Assembly (NCBI GenBank): GCA_963707215.1
Contig: CAVPPB010000003.1
Location: 1,120,001 to 1,184,000, forward strand
Origin: an uncultured Chloroflexia bacterium
GTDB lineage: Bacteria > Chloroflexota > Limnocylindria > Limnocylindrales > CSP1-4
Length of the DNA: 64,000 nucleotides
Direction of reading: 5' to 3'
Made by a program: the position numbers and the translations under genes. Position 1 is the stretch's first letter. The number at the start of each line of letters is the position of its first letter. Under the pieces are notes generated by a model that worked only from the letters and a program-made list of their open reading frames with translations, was not told the origin of the DNA and did no database searches. Shown here one piece after another: positions 10,183-20,804 of this stretch.

Positions 10183-10782
10183 TCAGGCGCCCGCACGCTT
10201 CGGATCGGCCCCCGCTCCGGTGTCCTCCGCGGCCTCCCACTCGTCCCGGGTGAGCTCGTACTCGACGTCGCCGTACTCCTCGCCCTCGATGCGGTCCGGC
10301 CATGGCTGGTGGAACACGCGGACGCGACGCAGCCCGGCCTTCTCCATGACCCGCCACGAGGCGACGTTCACGACCATGGTCGTGGCGTACACGCGCCGGA
10401 CATCAAGGTCGGAGAAGGCCTTCCGGACGAGTGCCCGGCTCCCCTCGGTCGCGTAGCCCTGGCCCCAGGCCGAGGCGACCAGCCGGTAGCCCATCTCCGG
10501 CTCGTCGTCCGCGTCACCGCGTTGCGGGCGCAAGTGGAACCAGCCGAGGAAGGCACCGGTCCCCTTCTCGACCGCCGCCCAGAAACCGTACCGGTCGCCC
10601 TCCGCGTAGTAGGCCAGCCAGAACGGCAGGTGGTCGTCGCGGATCTCGTCCCGCGGCGTCGGCCGGCCGCCGGTGATGTAGCGCATGACCGCGGGGTCGG
10701 CGTCGAGCGCCACGATGTCGTCGAGGTCGTCGGGCGTGAGCCGGCGGAGGACTAGGCGGTCGGTCTCGAGGTAGACGTGCAC
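10183..10782 (-). CDS. GNAT N-acetyltransferase, RimJ/RimL family
   Basis: LETDRLVLRR, EMGYRL..SAWGQGYATEG, N.ASWRVMEKAGL; TACCAT 6 nt before GTG. Confidence 0.9.
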   Translation of the reverse strand: MHVYLETDRLVLRRLTPDDLDDIVALDADPAVMRYITGGRPTPRDEIRDDHLPFWLAYYAEGDRYGFWAAVEKGTGAFLGWFHLRPQRGDADDEPEMGYRLVASAWGQGYATEGSRALVRKAFSDLDVRRVYATTMVVNVASWRVMEKAGLRRVRVFHQPWPDRIEGEEYGDVEYELTRDEWEAAEDTGAGADPKRAGA

Positions 10783-10847
10783 CGCGCGATGGTAGCGGCC
10801 CGCCCGTGGCCCTCCGTGCGCAGCTGGCGCCGAGCGGACCGTTGAGC

Positions 10848-11516
10848 TCAGGCGCTCCGCGCGCCCGCCGACGCGAACGCCATGGCCCGCTGAAGGGCCG
10901 CCTCGCGCATGGCCTCCGGGATCGGCACGGCCCCGCCGACGAGCGACGCGTGGAGCGCCGCCTGCGCGGCCTCCTCCACGACGCCACCGACGAGCACGGC
11001 CAGCTCCGGCGATCGATGGAAGACGAGGACGCCGTGGTTGGCGAGCAGCACCGCCGGCACGCCGGGCCGGGCCGCCGCATCGATGTTCGCGACGGCCTCG
11101 GCCGAGCCGCGGGGCCCGTAGCCGGCCACCGGGATCCCGTCGGCCAGCCCGAACATCGCCAGCGCCTCGATCCAGCACTCGATCGGCCGCTGGGCGACGG
11201 CGAAGGCGGTCGCGAACGGCGAGTGGGTATGGAGGACGCACTGGACCTCCTCGCTCGCCCGGTACCGCGACGTGTGCATGTCGACGACGGCAGCCTGGAT
11301 CGGGGGCAGCTGGCCCTCGATCAGGGTCCCGTCGAGGCGGACGCGGGCGACCCCCTCCGCGGTCAGGCCCTGGAGCGACGCGGCCGAGGTGAAGTACATC
11401 TCGTCGGCGCCGGCGACCCGCAGGCTGACGTTGCCGTGGCCGTTCGACCCGATCGCGCCGCTGGCGAGCACCCGCTGGGTGGTGTCGATGAGCCCGTCGA
11501 TGTAGTGGGGATCCAC
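10848..11516 (-). CDS. Class II aldolase/adducin family protein
   Basis: GNVS, MH...Y, VLHTHSPFAT, VLLANHGV zinc motifs; GGAGGAG RBS. Confidence 0.9.
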   Translation of the reverse strand: MDPHYIDGLIDTTQRVLASGAIGSNGHGNVSLRVAGADEMYFTSAASLQGLTAEGVARVRLDGTLIEGQLPPIQAAVVDMHTSRYRASEEVQCVLHTHSPFATAFAVAQRPIECWIEALAMFGLADGIPVAGYGPRGSAEAVANIDAAARPGVPAVLLANHGVLVFHRSPELAVLVGGVVEEAAQAALHASLVGGAVPIPEAMREAALQRAMAFASAGARSA

Positions 11517-11610
11517 GGGGCGCTCCTCCGGTGCGGTGGTCGGGCGACCGGCCCATCGTGGCACGTCCTGGCCACCCCCTGCGCCGCAGCGCTGCCGGCC
11601 CAGGGACCGC

Positions 11611-11643
11611 TTGACAGGGTCTCTGTACAACCGTATGGTTGTA
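11611..11643 (+). promoter_or_regulatory. Sigma-70 promoter TTGACA-N17-TATGGT overlapped by operator palindrome TACAACC-N4-GGTTGTA
   Basis: Exact motifs at 11611-11616, 11634-11639 and 11626-11643. Confidence 0.85.
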
Positions 11644-11645
11644 TG

Positions 11646-11978
11646 ATGCAAGTCGCTCTCGACCACGACCGCATCTTCGGGGCCCTGTCCGACGCCACGC
11701 GCCGCGACATCGTGCGCCGGGCGATCGACGGGCGCGAAGGCGTCGCCGAGCTGGCCACCCACTACTCCATGAGCTTCGCGGCGGTGCAGAAGCACGTCGC
11801 CATCCTCGAGCGAGCGGGGCTGGTCACGAAGCGGCGGATCGGGCGGCGCAAGGTCGTCCACACCAACCTCGAAGGGCTCCGCACGGCGCGACGACTGCTC
11901 GATCGCTACGAGGACATGTGGCGCGAGCGCGTCGAACGGATGACCCAGCTCATCAGCGAACAGGAGGCGTCCCGATGA
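11646..11978 (+). CDS. ArsR/SmtB family transcriptional regulator
   Basis: IFGALSDATRRDIV, SFAAVQKHVAILERAGLV. Confidence 0.9.
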   Translation: MQVALDHDRIFGALSDATRRDIVRRAIDGREGVAELATHYSMSFAAVQKHVAILERAGLVTKRRIGRRKVVHTNLEGLRTARRLLDRYEDMWRERVERMTQLISEQEASR

Positions 11979-12478
11979 CCGTCACTGCCGTCCGCAAGGA
12001 CCCCCAGAACCGCACCATGGTGCTCGAGGCCGAGTTCGAGGCCTCCCCCGACCGGGTGTGGCAGCTCTGGGCCGACCCGCGCCAGCTCGAGCGTTGGTGG
12101 GGTCCGCCGACCTACCCCGCCACCGTGACCGCTCACGATCTTCGGGCGGGTGGCCGCGTCGAGTACCACATGACCGGCCCCGAGGGAGATCAGCCCAAGG
12201 GCTACTGGGAGGTGGACGAGGTCGAGCCGCCGCGTCGTCTCGTCTTCCGCGATGGCTTCGCGAACGACGACGGGACGCCGAACCCGGCGTTCCCCGAGTC
12301 GACCGGTCGCGTCAGCATCGAGGCGATCGGCGGCGGCAGGACCCGCATGACGATCGAGAGCGAGTTCCCGACCGTCGAGGCCATGGAGCAGGTCCTGGCC
12401 ATGGGCATGGAGGAAGGGCTCACCCAGGCCGTCGGCCAGATCGACGCGATCCTGGCCGAGGCCGGCGTCCGGTCCTGA
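11975..12478 (+). CDS. SRPBCC/AHSA1 domain protein
   Basis: ASPDRVWQLWADPRQLERWWGP; typical ArsR-SRPBCC pair; ATGA overlap. Confidence 0.9.
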   Translation: MTVTAVRKDPQNRTMVLEAEFEASPDRVWQLWADPRQLERWWGPPTYPATVTAHDLRAGGRVEYHMTGPEGDQPKGYWEVDEVEPPRRLVFRDGFANDDGTPNPAFPESTGRVSIEAIGGGRTRMTIESEFPTVEAMEQVLAMGMEEGLTQAVGQIDAILAEAGVRS

Positions 12479-12523
12479 GCCGACCCCGAGGCCCTCTTGA
12501 GCCCACCCCGCAAGGAGGACACC

Positions 12524-13405
12524 GTGACCATGGCATCGATCCAGCCGCGGACCGGGACCCTGGCGGTCCCAGGCGCGACGCTGACCTACGACATCCGACC
12601 CGGCGAGCAGAGCACGGAGCCGGCCCTTCTCCTCATCGGCTCGCCGATGGGCGCCGCCGGCTTCGCCAGCCTGGCCGGCCGCTTCGCCGACCGGACGATC
12701 GTCACCTACGACCCGCGCGGAGTCGAGCGCAGCACCAAGGACGACCCGTCGAGCCCGTCGACCCCGGACGAGCACCTCGACGATCTCCATCGGATCATCG
12801 AGGTCATCGGCGGCGGCCCGGTCGACCTGTTCGCCAGCAGCGGCGGGGCGGTGAACGCCCTGGCCCTCGTCGCCCGGCACCCGGAGGACGTGCGGACGCT
12901 GGTCGCCCACGAGCCGCCGGTGGTGAGCGACCTGCCCGATGCCGAGGCCGCGTCGAAGGCCTCCCGCTCCGTCGAGGACGCCTATCGGCGCGACGGGTTC
13001 GGGGCCGGCATGGCCCGGTTCATCCAGCTCGTCAGCCACCAGGGCCCGTTCCCGGACGACTGGGCCGACGCCCCCGCCCCGGATCCGGCGATGTTCGGCC
13101 TCCCGGCCGAGGACGACGGCTCCCGCGACGACCCGCTGCTGGGCCAGAACATGGGCACGAGCCCGCATCATCGGCTCGACTACGAGGTCCTGCGGGCGGC
13201 CCCGACGCGCATCGTCATCGCCGCCGGCGTCGAGTCGGGCGAGACGCTGGCCGCCCGGGCGGCCGTCGCGGTCGCGGAGCGCCTGGGCGTCGAGCCGGTC
13301 ATGTTCCCGAGTCACCACGGCGGCTTCCTGGGCGGCGAGTACGGCCAGGTGGGCGATCCCGACGCCTTCGCGGCCCGGCTGCGCGAGGTCCTGGGCGAGG
13401 GCTGA
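12524..13405 (+). CDS. Alpha/beta hydrolase
   Basis: TYDPRG, FASSGGA nucleophile elbow, AHEPP, HGGF; AAGGAGG RBS. Confidence 0.88.
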   Translation: MTMASIQPRTGTLAVPGATLTYDIRPGEQSTEPALLLIGSPMGAAGFASLAGRFADRTIVTYDPRGVERSTKDDPSSPSTPDEHLDDLHRIIEVIGGGPVDLFASSGGAVNALALVARHPEDVRTLVAHEPPVVSDLPDAEAASKASRSVEDAYRRDGFGAGMARFIQLVSHQGPFPDDWADAPAPDPAMFGLPAEDDGSRDDPLLGQNMGTSPHHRLDYEVLRAAPTRIVIAAGVESGETLAARAAVAVAERLGVEPVMFPSHHGGFLGGEYGQVGDPDAFAARLREVLGEG

Positions 13406-13431
13406 CGCGGCCCTCGCCAGCGTCGCAGCGG

Positions 13432-13725
13432 TCAGGGCAGCTGTCTGATGACCGTGGCCCTGAACGGTGCGGCGAGCAGCTCGGCCAGCGGCGCGTAGAC
13501 ACCGGTGGCCGCGGCCGCCTGCATGTGCTCCGTCCGCGCCTCGGCGGACTCCCAGTCGGCGATCTCGATCAGCACGTCGGGGTCATCCGGGACCTCGTAG
13601 CGGGTGCTGCCGAGGTAGCCGCGCTGGCCGGGTCCGTGCTCCGCCGTGAGGGCCTCGACCAGGCCCTCGAGCTCGGGCCGTCGGCCGGGCTTGGCCCGCA
13701 GCTCCACGATCACCTTGATGGCCAC
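13432..13725 (-). CDS. Antibiotic biosynthesis monooxygenase (ABM) family protein
   Basis: IKVIVELRAKPGRR...GYLGS...EIADWESAEA..H. Confidence 0.82.
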   Translation of the reverse strand: MAIKVIVELRAKPGRRPELEGLVEALTAEHGPGQRGYLGSTRYEVPDDPDVLIEIADWESAEARTEHMQAAAATGVYAPLAELLAAPFRATVIRQLP

Positions 13726-13979
13726 CGCGTGCGCGCCTTCCTGCTGTCGCCGAGCGAGGCCCCTCCGACCCCTCCCGGCCGCGGCTGCTGGCGCGCAGCA
13801 TCGCCGAACGGGTGGGCGGCCAGTGTGCCGAACCGGGCGACTGCCCCAGCCACGTTGACGGCGGTCCACCCGGCGTGCGACCGTCCGAAGGGACCGCTGC
13901 ACCGACCGGCGCAGTCGGCGGGCACGGCGCGGCACCACGGCGTTGGGGCGCGGCGTCGGCCCCCCACAGGAGGCAAGCG

Positions 13980-15365
<1,386 letters not shown>

Positions 15366-15405
15366 TCCTCTCCGTCCGGCCGACGCGATCGGCGCCCGAT
15401 CGCGG

Positions 15406-16644
15406 CTAGTTGAGCTGGCGGACGTCCTTGCGAGTGACGATCATCTCGCGGCGCCCCATCTCGGCGATGAAGGCATCGCGGACGGCCCGATCCAGCAGCT
15501 CCGGGGCGATGACGCCAGGCTCGGCGATCCGCCCGTCGAGGAGGAACTCGGCGTAGATCGAAGCGGGCGTCGAGGTCCCGTACGACACCGACGTGGCGCC
15601 CGGGATCAGCTCGTTGGCGCGCTTGATGTCCGGACCCACGACCGAGTGGTGGATCGTGTGCGGCTTGCCGTCCTTCTCGCCGATGCAGTCGACGAGCTGG
15701 ATGCCGATGTCGAGGATCTCACCCGTAGCAGCCACCTTCGCCAGCTCGTCCGCCGGCGGATTCGGTGGCAGCGTGGCGACGTAGACGTCGATCGGCCGGA
15801 CCCGGGTCCCGTCCCTCAGGGCGACGGGCTCCTTGCTGGCCATGCCGGAGCCCACGAACGCGGCGTCGGCGCGGAGGGAGGCCTCGTCGGTGCCCATCTT
15901 GAAGTCGACGTAGCGGAGCCCCTTGTCGCCGAACCTCTTCGGCAGCAGGCGCGGCAGGGTCGTGACCTCCTCGTGGTCGTGGGCGATGCAGAGCCCGCGA
16001 CCGAACGGCTCGGGGAACTCGTACCACTCCTCCAGGCCGAAGATCTCGACCCGCTTGAACTGCCCGTCCTCGTACAGCAGAGGCGGCTGGGCACAGTCCG
16101 TGTAGTAGGTCTCCTGCGACCAGACCTGGAGCGGCACCGGCGACTCGAAGAGGGCGAAGTCCTTGATCCGGATCTCGGTGCACCGGTCGAGGTCCTCGTA
16201 GGCGTTGGCAGCGAACGTGTTCGTCACGCCCGGGTCCATGCCGGTGCTTTGGAGGGCACACAGCCCGGCGGCCCGGAACTCGGGATCGAGGGCGGACTGC
16301 TCGAGCCAGGCCTCGTCGATCGTCTGGGTCGGCGTCTGGCCCGAGGCCATGTCGAGGTAGTTCGCGCCGGCCTTCAGGCAGGCCCGCATGATCGACATGT
16401 TGAACTGCGGGACCACGGCGTTGACGACCAGGTTGGTGCCGGCGGCGGCCGCGGCGACGGCGTCGGTGTCCGAGGCGTCGATCCTGATCGCCGTCGCCTT
16501 CCCGGCCCCGACCTGTCCGGCCACGAACCGGGCCCGTGCCGCGTCGTAGTCGGCCACCACGATCTCGGTCACGACCGGGCTCCGACCCAGGTTCCAGGTC
16601 AGGACCTGGCCCTGCATGCCTGCGCCGACCACGAGCACCTTCAT
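15406..16644 (-). CDS. Saccharopine dehydrogenase-family protein (carboxyspermidine/lysine dehydrogenase-like)
   Basis: MKVLVVGAGMQG Rossmann fold, NYLDMA, GMDPGVTN, HEEV. Confidence 0.88.
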   Translation of the reverse strand: MKVLVVGAGMQGQVLTWNLGRSPVVTEIVVADYDAARARFVAGQVGAGKATAIRIDASDTDAVAAAAAGTNLVVNAVVPQFNMSIMRACLKAGANYLDMASGQTPTQTIDEAWLEQSALDPEFRAAGLCALQSTGMDPGVTNTFAANAYEDLDRCTEIRIKDFALFESPVPLQVWSQETYYTDCAQPPLLYEDGQFKRVEIFGLEEWYEFPEPFGRGLCIAHDHEEVTTLPRLLPKRFGDKGLRYVDFKMGTDEASLRADAAFVGSGMASKEPVALRDGTRVRPIDVYVATLPPNPPADELAKVAATGEILDIGIQLVDCIGEKDGKPHTIHHSVVGPDIKRANELIPGATSVSYGTSTPASIYAEFLLDGRIAEPGVIAPELLDRAVRDAFIAEMGRREMIVTRKDVRQLN

Positions 16645-16889
16645 GGATCCGCTCCCCTCACGACGTTCGAGCCTCGCCGACCGGCGGTCGCCGGCTGTCC
16701 CCGGGACACAGGGTGGACCGATGACGGCCCCGCGGAGACCCGCCGATCGTAGGCTCCCGCAGGTCGTCCTGCGACCCACCGGTCCGGCCCGCGGGCCGAC
16801 CGTCCCGACCTGGCCCGCCGCCGGGCGAGCGCTGACAGGCCGGGACGCGCGAGTCCATAGTTGGGGTCCACAGTCACCCGGGAGGGATC

Positions 16890-17027
16890 ATGGCGGACAT
16901 CAAGCTCGGCGCACTCTGCTGGAACCAGTACTCCGACTGGGCGGGCCTCCGCGAGGCGGGCATCCGGGCCGACCGACTCGGCTTCGACACGCTCTGGACC
17001 TGGGATCAGCGGGAAGCTGGGTCGTGA
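16890..17027 (+). pseudogene. Truncated 5' duplicate of the LLM oxidoreductase gene (45-aa [14 protein letters not shown]...TWDQREAGS)
   Basis: GGAGG RBS, ATG 16890; codons 4-39 match 17764-17870. Confidence 0.85.
16899..17005 (+). repeat. 107-bp exact direct repeat, copy 1
   Basis: Base-for-base identical to 17764-17870. Confidence 0.97.
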
Positions 17028-17722
17028 CGGAGGCGGAACCGGGTGACCTCAGCGTGCGACGGGCTATCGACGTCCGCTTCCGCGTGACACGACCGGTGCG
17101 TGCGGCGACCCGACGGCTCTGGCTGGAACAGGACCGCCATCCCGGGGACCGGTCTCGGCTCTATCGGGCCATCAGCGAGGAGGTCGCCGCACGGAACATC
17201 CTCTATCCCGGGTCCTACGTCGACGTCGCGGCCTCGTTTGTCTTCCCCAGGGTCACCTACGTGGACGTCGACCGCCGGGCGGCGCAGTTCTTCGGTGACG
17301 TCGAGGGCGTGGCAGAACTGATCGCAGAATGGCCGGACTCACCAGTCGATGCTGAGGTCCGGTTCGTCAACCAGGACTACGCCGAGGGCCTCGGCCTGCC
17401 AGAGGCGTCGTTCGACCTGCTTGTCTCCCTGTACGCCGGGTTTGTCTCGGAGCACTGCACGAAGTACCTTCGGATCGGCGGCACGCTTCTCGTCAACCCG
17501 AGCCACGGGGACGCCGCCTTGGCCTCGATCGATCCCCGCTATCAGCTATCGGGTGTCGTCGTGTCCCACTCGGGCAGGTACTCCGTGCGAACATCAAACC
17601 TCGACCGGTATCTCGTGCCGAAGCGCGACATACAGGTCACGAGCGAGCTCATCCACAGGACTGGCCGCGGGGTCCCCTACACGCGTTCGCCGTTCGCATA
17701 CTTGTTCACGCGGGTCGGCTAG
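17024..17722 (+). CDS. Putative class I SAM-dependent methyltransferase-like protein (start may be GTG 17084 or 17096)
   Basis: ILYPGSYVDV, VTYVDVD, SFDLLVSLYAG, YLRIGGTLLVN; somewhat more A/T-rich codon usage than neighbours. Confidence 0.75.
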   Translation: MTEAEPGDLSVRRAIDVRFRVTRPVRAATRRLWLEQDRHPGDRSRLYRAISEEVAARNILYPGSYVDVAASFVFPRVTYVDVDRRAAQFFGDVEGVAELIAEWPDSPVDAEVRFVNQDYAEGLGLPEASFDLLVSLYAGFVSEHCTKYLRIGGTLLVNPSHGDAALASIDPRYQLSGVVVSHSGRYSVRTSNLDRYLVPKRDIQVTSELIHRTGRGVPYTRSPFAYLFTRVG

Positions 17723-17754
17723 GCTCCGGCGCGTCACACGACAACGGAGAAACG

Positions 17755-18693
17755 ATGAGCGAAATCAAGCTCGGCGCACTCTGCTGGAACCAGTACTCCG
17801 ACTGGGCGGGCCTCCGCGAGGCGGGCATCCGGGCCGACCGACTCGGCTTCGACACGCTCTGGACCTGGGACCACCTCTACCCCATCGTCGGCGACTCGAA
17901 CGGACCGATGTTCGAGGGCTGGCTGACCCTGGCCGCCTGGGCGGAAGCTACGGCGAACGCCCGGCTCGGTCTCATGGTCGGGGCGAACACCTTCAGGAAC
18001 CCGGCCATGGTGGCCAAGATGGCCACGACGCTCGACCACATCTCGGGCGGGAGGGCCATCGTCGGGATCGGCGGCGCCTGGTTCGAGGAGGAGCACGAGG
18101 CGTTCGGCATCGACTTCGGCTCCGGCTTCCCGGAACGACTGCGCTGGCTCAGCGAGGCCCTGCCGATCATGCGCGGGATGCTCGACGGTACCGAGCCGAC
18201 GGCCAGCGGGCCGCGCTATGCCGCGAAGAGCGTCCGCAACCTGCCGGCCCCGGTCCAGGCGCACCTGCCCATCGTCGTCGGCGGTGGCGGCGAGCAGGTC
18301 ACCCTCAAGCTCGTGGCGAAGTACGCGGACATGAACAACGTCGGAGGCACGATCGACGACGTCCGCCGCAAGGAGGAGGTCCTCCTGCGCCACTGCGAGA
18401 CGGTCGGCCGGGACCCCGCCACGATCGAACGATCCACCGGGCTCGGGGTCGTCATGATCCGCGACGACCGCGAGGAAGCCGAGCGGATCAACCGCGAGGC
18501 CTTCGAGCACAACGGTGGTGCCGAGGTGTGGCGACACCAGAAGATCGGGACGCCCGAGGACGTGGCCGAGCTCATCGCGCCGTTCGTCGAGCTCGGGTAC
18601 CGCCATCTCATCATGGGCGTGCCAGCGCCGTATGACGAGGAGTCCATGAGTCGCCTCGTCACCGAGGTGAAGCCGCTCCTCGAGCGGATCTAG
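17755..18693 (+). CDS. LLM-class (luciferase-like, probably F420-dependent) oxidoreductase
   Basis: [47 protein letters not shown]. Confidence 0.93.
   Translation: MSEIKLGALCWNQYSDWAGLREAGIRADRLGFDTLWTWDHLYPIVGDSNGPMFEGWLTLAAWAEATANARLGLMVGANTFRNPAMVAKMATTLDHISGGRAIVGIGGAWFEEEHEAFGIDFGSGFPERLRWLSEALPIMRGMLDGTEPTASGPRYAAKSVRNLPAPVQAHLPIVVGGGGEQVTLKLVAKYADMNNVGGTIDDVRRKEEVLLRHCETVGRDPATIERSTGLGVVMIRDDREEAERINREAFEHNGGAEVWRHQKIGTPEDVAELIAPFVELGYRHLIMGVPAPYDEESMSRLVTEVKPLLERI
17764..17870 (+). repeat. 107-bp exact direct repeat, copy 2
   Basis: Identical to 16899-17005. Confidence 0.97.
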
Positions 18694-19100
18694 GGCAGGC
18701 GCTCCCAGTCGACCCAGCGCTCGCCGTCCCACCAGCGGTGCCAGACGGCGCCGTCGCGACCCGGCGCGAGGACGTCGAGGCGGTCGGCCGACCACGAGGA
18801 CGCGGCGGGCTGGCCCGCCAGCTCGCCGCCGAGCGATTCCCACGGGTGCCAGGAATCGCCATCCCAGTAGCGGTTCCAGAGCTGCCCATCGTCGAAGACG
18901 CCGAACACCTCGAGCTGGTCGGCAGCCCAGGCAGTCACGGCCGGCGCGAAGGCCAGCGCGCCGCCGAGGTCGCCGACCGCGGTCCACGCGGTGCCGTTCC
19001 AGGAACGGTGTCGGAGACCCCGGTCGGCACCGAGCCAGAACAGGTCGATGCGATCGGGTCCCCAGGAGACGGCCGTCAGGCCGTCGGGCGCGTCGGGCAT
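18690..19100 (-). CDS. Small Trp-rich repeat protein (PLL/fucose-lectin-like propeller blades)
   Basis: Three repeats of SW..DR(I/L)D(L/V)F...DG.(L/V)W(H/N)R.W.G..W..W..LGG. Confidence 0.75.
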   Translation of the reverse strand: MPDAPDGLTAVSWGPDRIDLFWLGADRGLRHRSWNGTAWTAVGDLGGALAFAPAVTAWAADQLEVFGVFDDGQLWNRYWDGDSWHPWESLGGELAGQPAASSWSADRLDVLAPGRDGAVWHRWWDGERWVDWERLP

Positions 19101-19165
19101 CGGTCGAACCTCCCGGGACCCATGGTCTCCCATCGCGGGTCGCCGGTCCACCGGAGGCCGCCGGC

Positions 19166-19408
19166 TCAGCTCAGCGTCGACTCGGCCGAAGGCCCGTCCA
19201 CGGCCTGTTCGTAGACCGCCCGGGCGACCGAGGCCGCGCCGGCGCTGATCGCCAGCGCACCACGGGCCACGGTCCGGCGGACCCGTCCCGGGCGGGCGAC
19301 GACGACCGGGGCGTTGTGTCGCTCACGGCGCTCGGCGTTGCGGCGGGCCTCGTCGCGATGGCGCTCGCGGACGAGGTCGATGGCGTAGTAGGCGTGGATC
19401 GGCAGCAT
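19166..19408 (-). CDS. Hypothetical 80-aa Arg-rich protein
   Basis: GAGGA RBS; [23 protein letters not shown]...; downstream of a strong minus-strand promoter. Confidence 0.65.
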   Translation of the reverse strand: MLPIHAYYAIDLVRERHRDEARRNAERRERHNAPVVVARPGRVRRTVARGALAISAGAASVARAVYEQAVDGPSAESTLS

Positions 19409-19466
19409 GGCGGTTCCTCTGCTTTCGCTGCTGAGGCAGCTTGCGCTGCGTTGATGGGTCGAGGTA

Positions 19467-19595
19467 TCAGCGCCGATCGTCGTCGGCGATCGTCGGGCTT
19501 GGGTCGGCGCCCCAGTGGATCGACGCGGCCGCGAGGGCGGCGAGGCCGAGCACAGCGGACGGGACGAGCCCCAGGGACGCGCTCGGGGCTTCCAC
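19467..19595 (-). CDS. Small single-TM protein (42 aa, MEAPSASLGLVPSAVLGLAALAAASIHWGADPSPTIADDDRR)
   Basis: GGAGGT RBS 5 nt before GTG; hydrophobic core followed by WGAD; not in ORF track (<60 aa). Confidence 0.6.
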   Translation of the reverse strand: MEAPSASLGLVPSAVLGLAALAAASIHWGADPSPTIADDDRR

Positions 19596-19611
19596 GTCGG
19601 ACCTCCGAGGC

Positions 19612-19692
19612 TAACTGCTTCATACGATTTCAGCGGTTACTAGGGGATGATACGAGGCTTGCACTAACCTGTCAAGTTGTCTATGGTGGTTA
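19612..19692. promoter_or_regulatory. Overlapping divergent promoters with two 28-bp TAAC-N20-GTTA operators
   Basis: + strand TTGCAC(19659)-N17-TATGGT; - strand TTGACA(19675)-N17-TATCAT; operators 19612-19639 and 19665-19692. Confidence 0.75.
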
Positions 19693-19696
19693 TGCC

Positions 19697-20326
19697 ATGA
19701 CCTCCGATGGCCACCGACACGCCGCCACCCTCGACGACACACTCGACTTCGTGAACACGCTCGAGCACACGGCGGACGCCCCGATCGAGCACCTGGGGAC
19801 CCTCGATACCGCCCTGGACTGGCTCGTCTCGCGGGAGCTCCTTCACCCCGATGCCGCCGCCGCCGAGGCACGGTCCGCGGGCCTGGGTCGAGGCGCCGCC
19901 GGGCGCCTGGCTGGCATGCATCGGGTTCGCGATGCCCTGCGCGAGGTCGCCGACGCGGTCGCGGTCGAGCGTCCCGCCGACGCCGAGGCCGTCGAGATCG
20001 TCAACCGGACGCTCCGTGCCCGCGAGGTCGTCGAGCTGGCGCCGTCGGCTGATGGCATCAGCGTCCGCGATCGCGACGCCGTCGATGCCGTGGGCGATGC
20101 CCTCGCCCGGCTCGTCGAACCGCTGGCCGAGACCGTCGTCTCGGGCCGGGCCGACCGCCTGCGGGTCTGCGAGAACGAGACCTGCCGCTGGGTCTTCTTC
20201 GATCGCTCCCGGGCCGGGCGACGGCGCTGGTGCGACATGCGGACCTGCGGCAACCGGGTCAAGGCGAGGCGCCACCGCGAGCGGATCCGCGAGGCACGCG
20301 GCGGCTCGGACGCCGCCCAGGCCTGA
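19697..20326 (+). CDS. ABATE/CGNR zinc-finger domain regulator
   Basis: LDFVNT, RLRVCENETCRWVFFDRSRAGRRRWCDMRTCGNR. Confidence 0.93.
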   Translation: MTSDGHRHAATLDDTLDFVNTLEHTADAPIEHLGTLDTALDWLVSRELLHPDAAAAEARSAGLGRGAAGRLAGMHRVRDALREVADAVAVERPADAEAVEIVNRTLRAREVVELAPSADGISVRDRDAVDAVGDALARLVEPLAETVVSGRADRLRVCENETCRWVFFDRSRAGRRRWCDMRTCGNRVKARRHRERIREARGGSDAAQA

Positions 20327-20409
20327 GCACCGGATGGACCGCCGGTCCCAGGAGCGCGACCACTCGTAGCTGGGTCACCGTTCGCGGAATGCCGGTCGAT
20401 CGGGGTACG

Positions 20410-20682
20410 TCAGCGGCGCACGTAGACGGCGATCGGCTGGCCATGACGGGCGGGCTTCCTGGCAGGCTCCCCCTCGTCCTCGACGATCGGCCTGACCCGC
20501 TCGACGTACAGATCGGCGATGGCGTCCGGCGTCTCCCAGAGGTTGACGGAGGTCACTTCCCCGTCACCGGAGGCCCAGGCGATCGAGGCGAGCAATCCGG
20601 TGGGCGGATCGGAGACGAGGCGGATGCGCTCGTTCCAGCGCTCCCACTCGTCACGAGGTGCGGTGATCGTCTCGACGAACAT
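20410..20682 (-). CDS. Hypothetical protein, ABM-like alpha/beta barrel
   Basis: PPTGLLASIAW...VNLWET; TAGTCT 7 nt before ATG. Confidence 0.65.
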   Translation of the reverse strand: MFVETITAPRDEWERWNERIRLVSDPPTGLLASIAWASGDGEVTSVNLWETPDAIADLYVERVRPIVEDEGEPARKPARHGQPIAVYVRR

Positions 20683-20804
20683 GGGGCAGAGACTAGCGCA
20701 GCCGGCAAGGACAGGGGTCGGGACACGCCGCGATGTCGGACGTCGCGCGTCCCGGACGCGGGGCGTCGAGCCACGTGGCAGCGCCTCCGTCCGGTGGCGG
20801 GCCG

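Noticed and set aside
20344-20405. Short matches (CCGGTCCC, GCCGGTCGATC) to the comEA upstream region
   Set aside because: Too short for a roughly 73% GC genome to call a scar.
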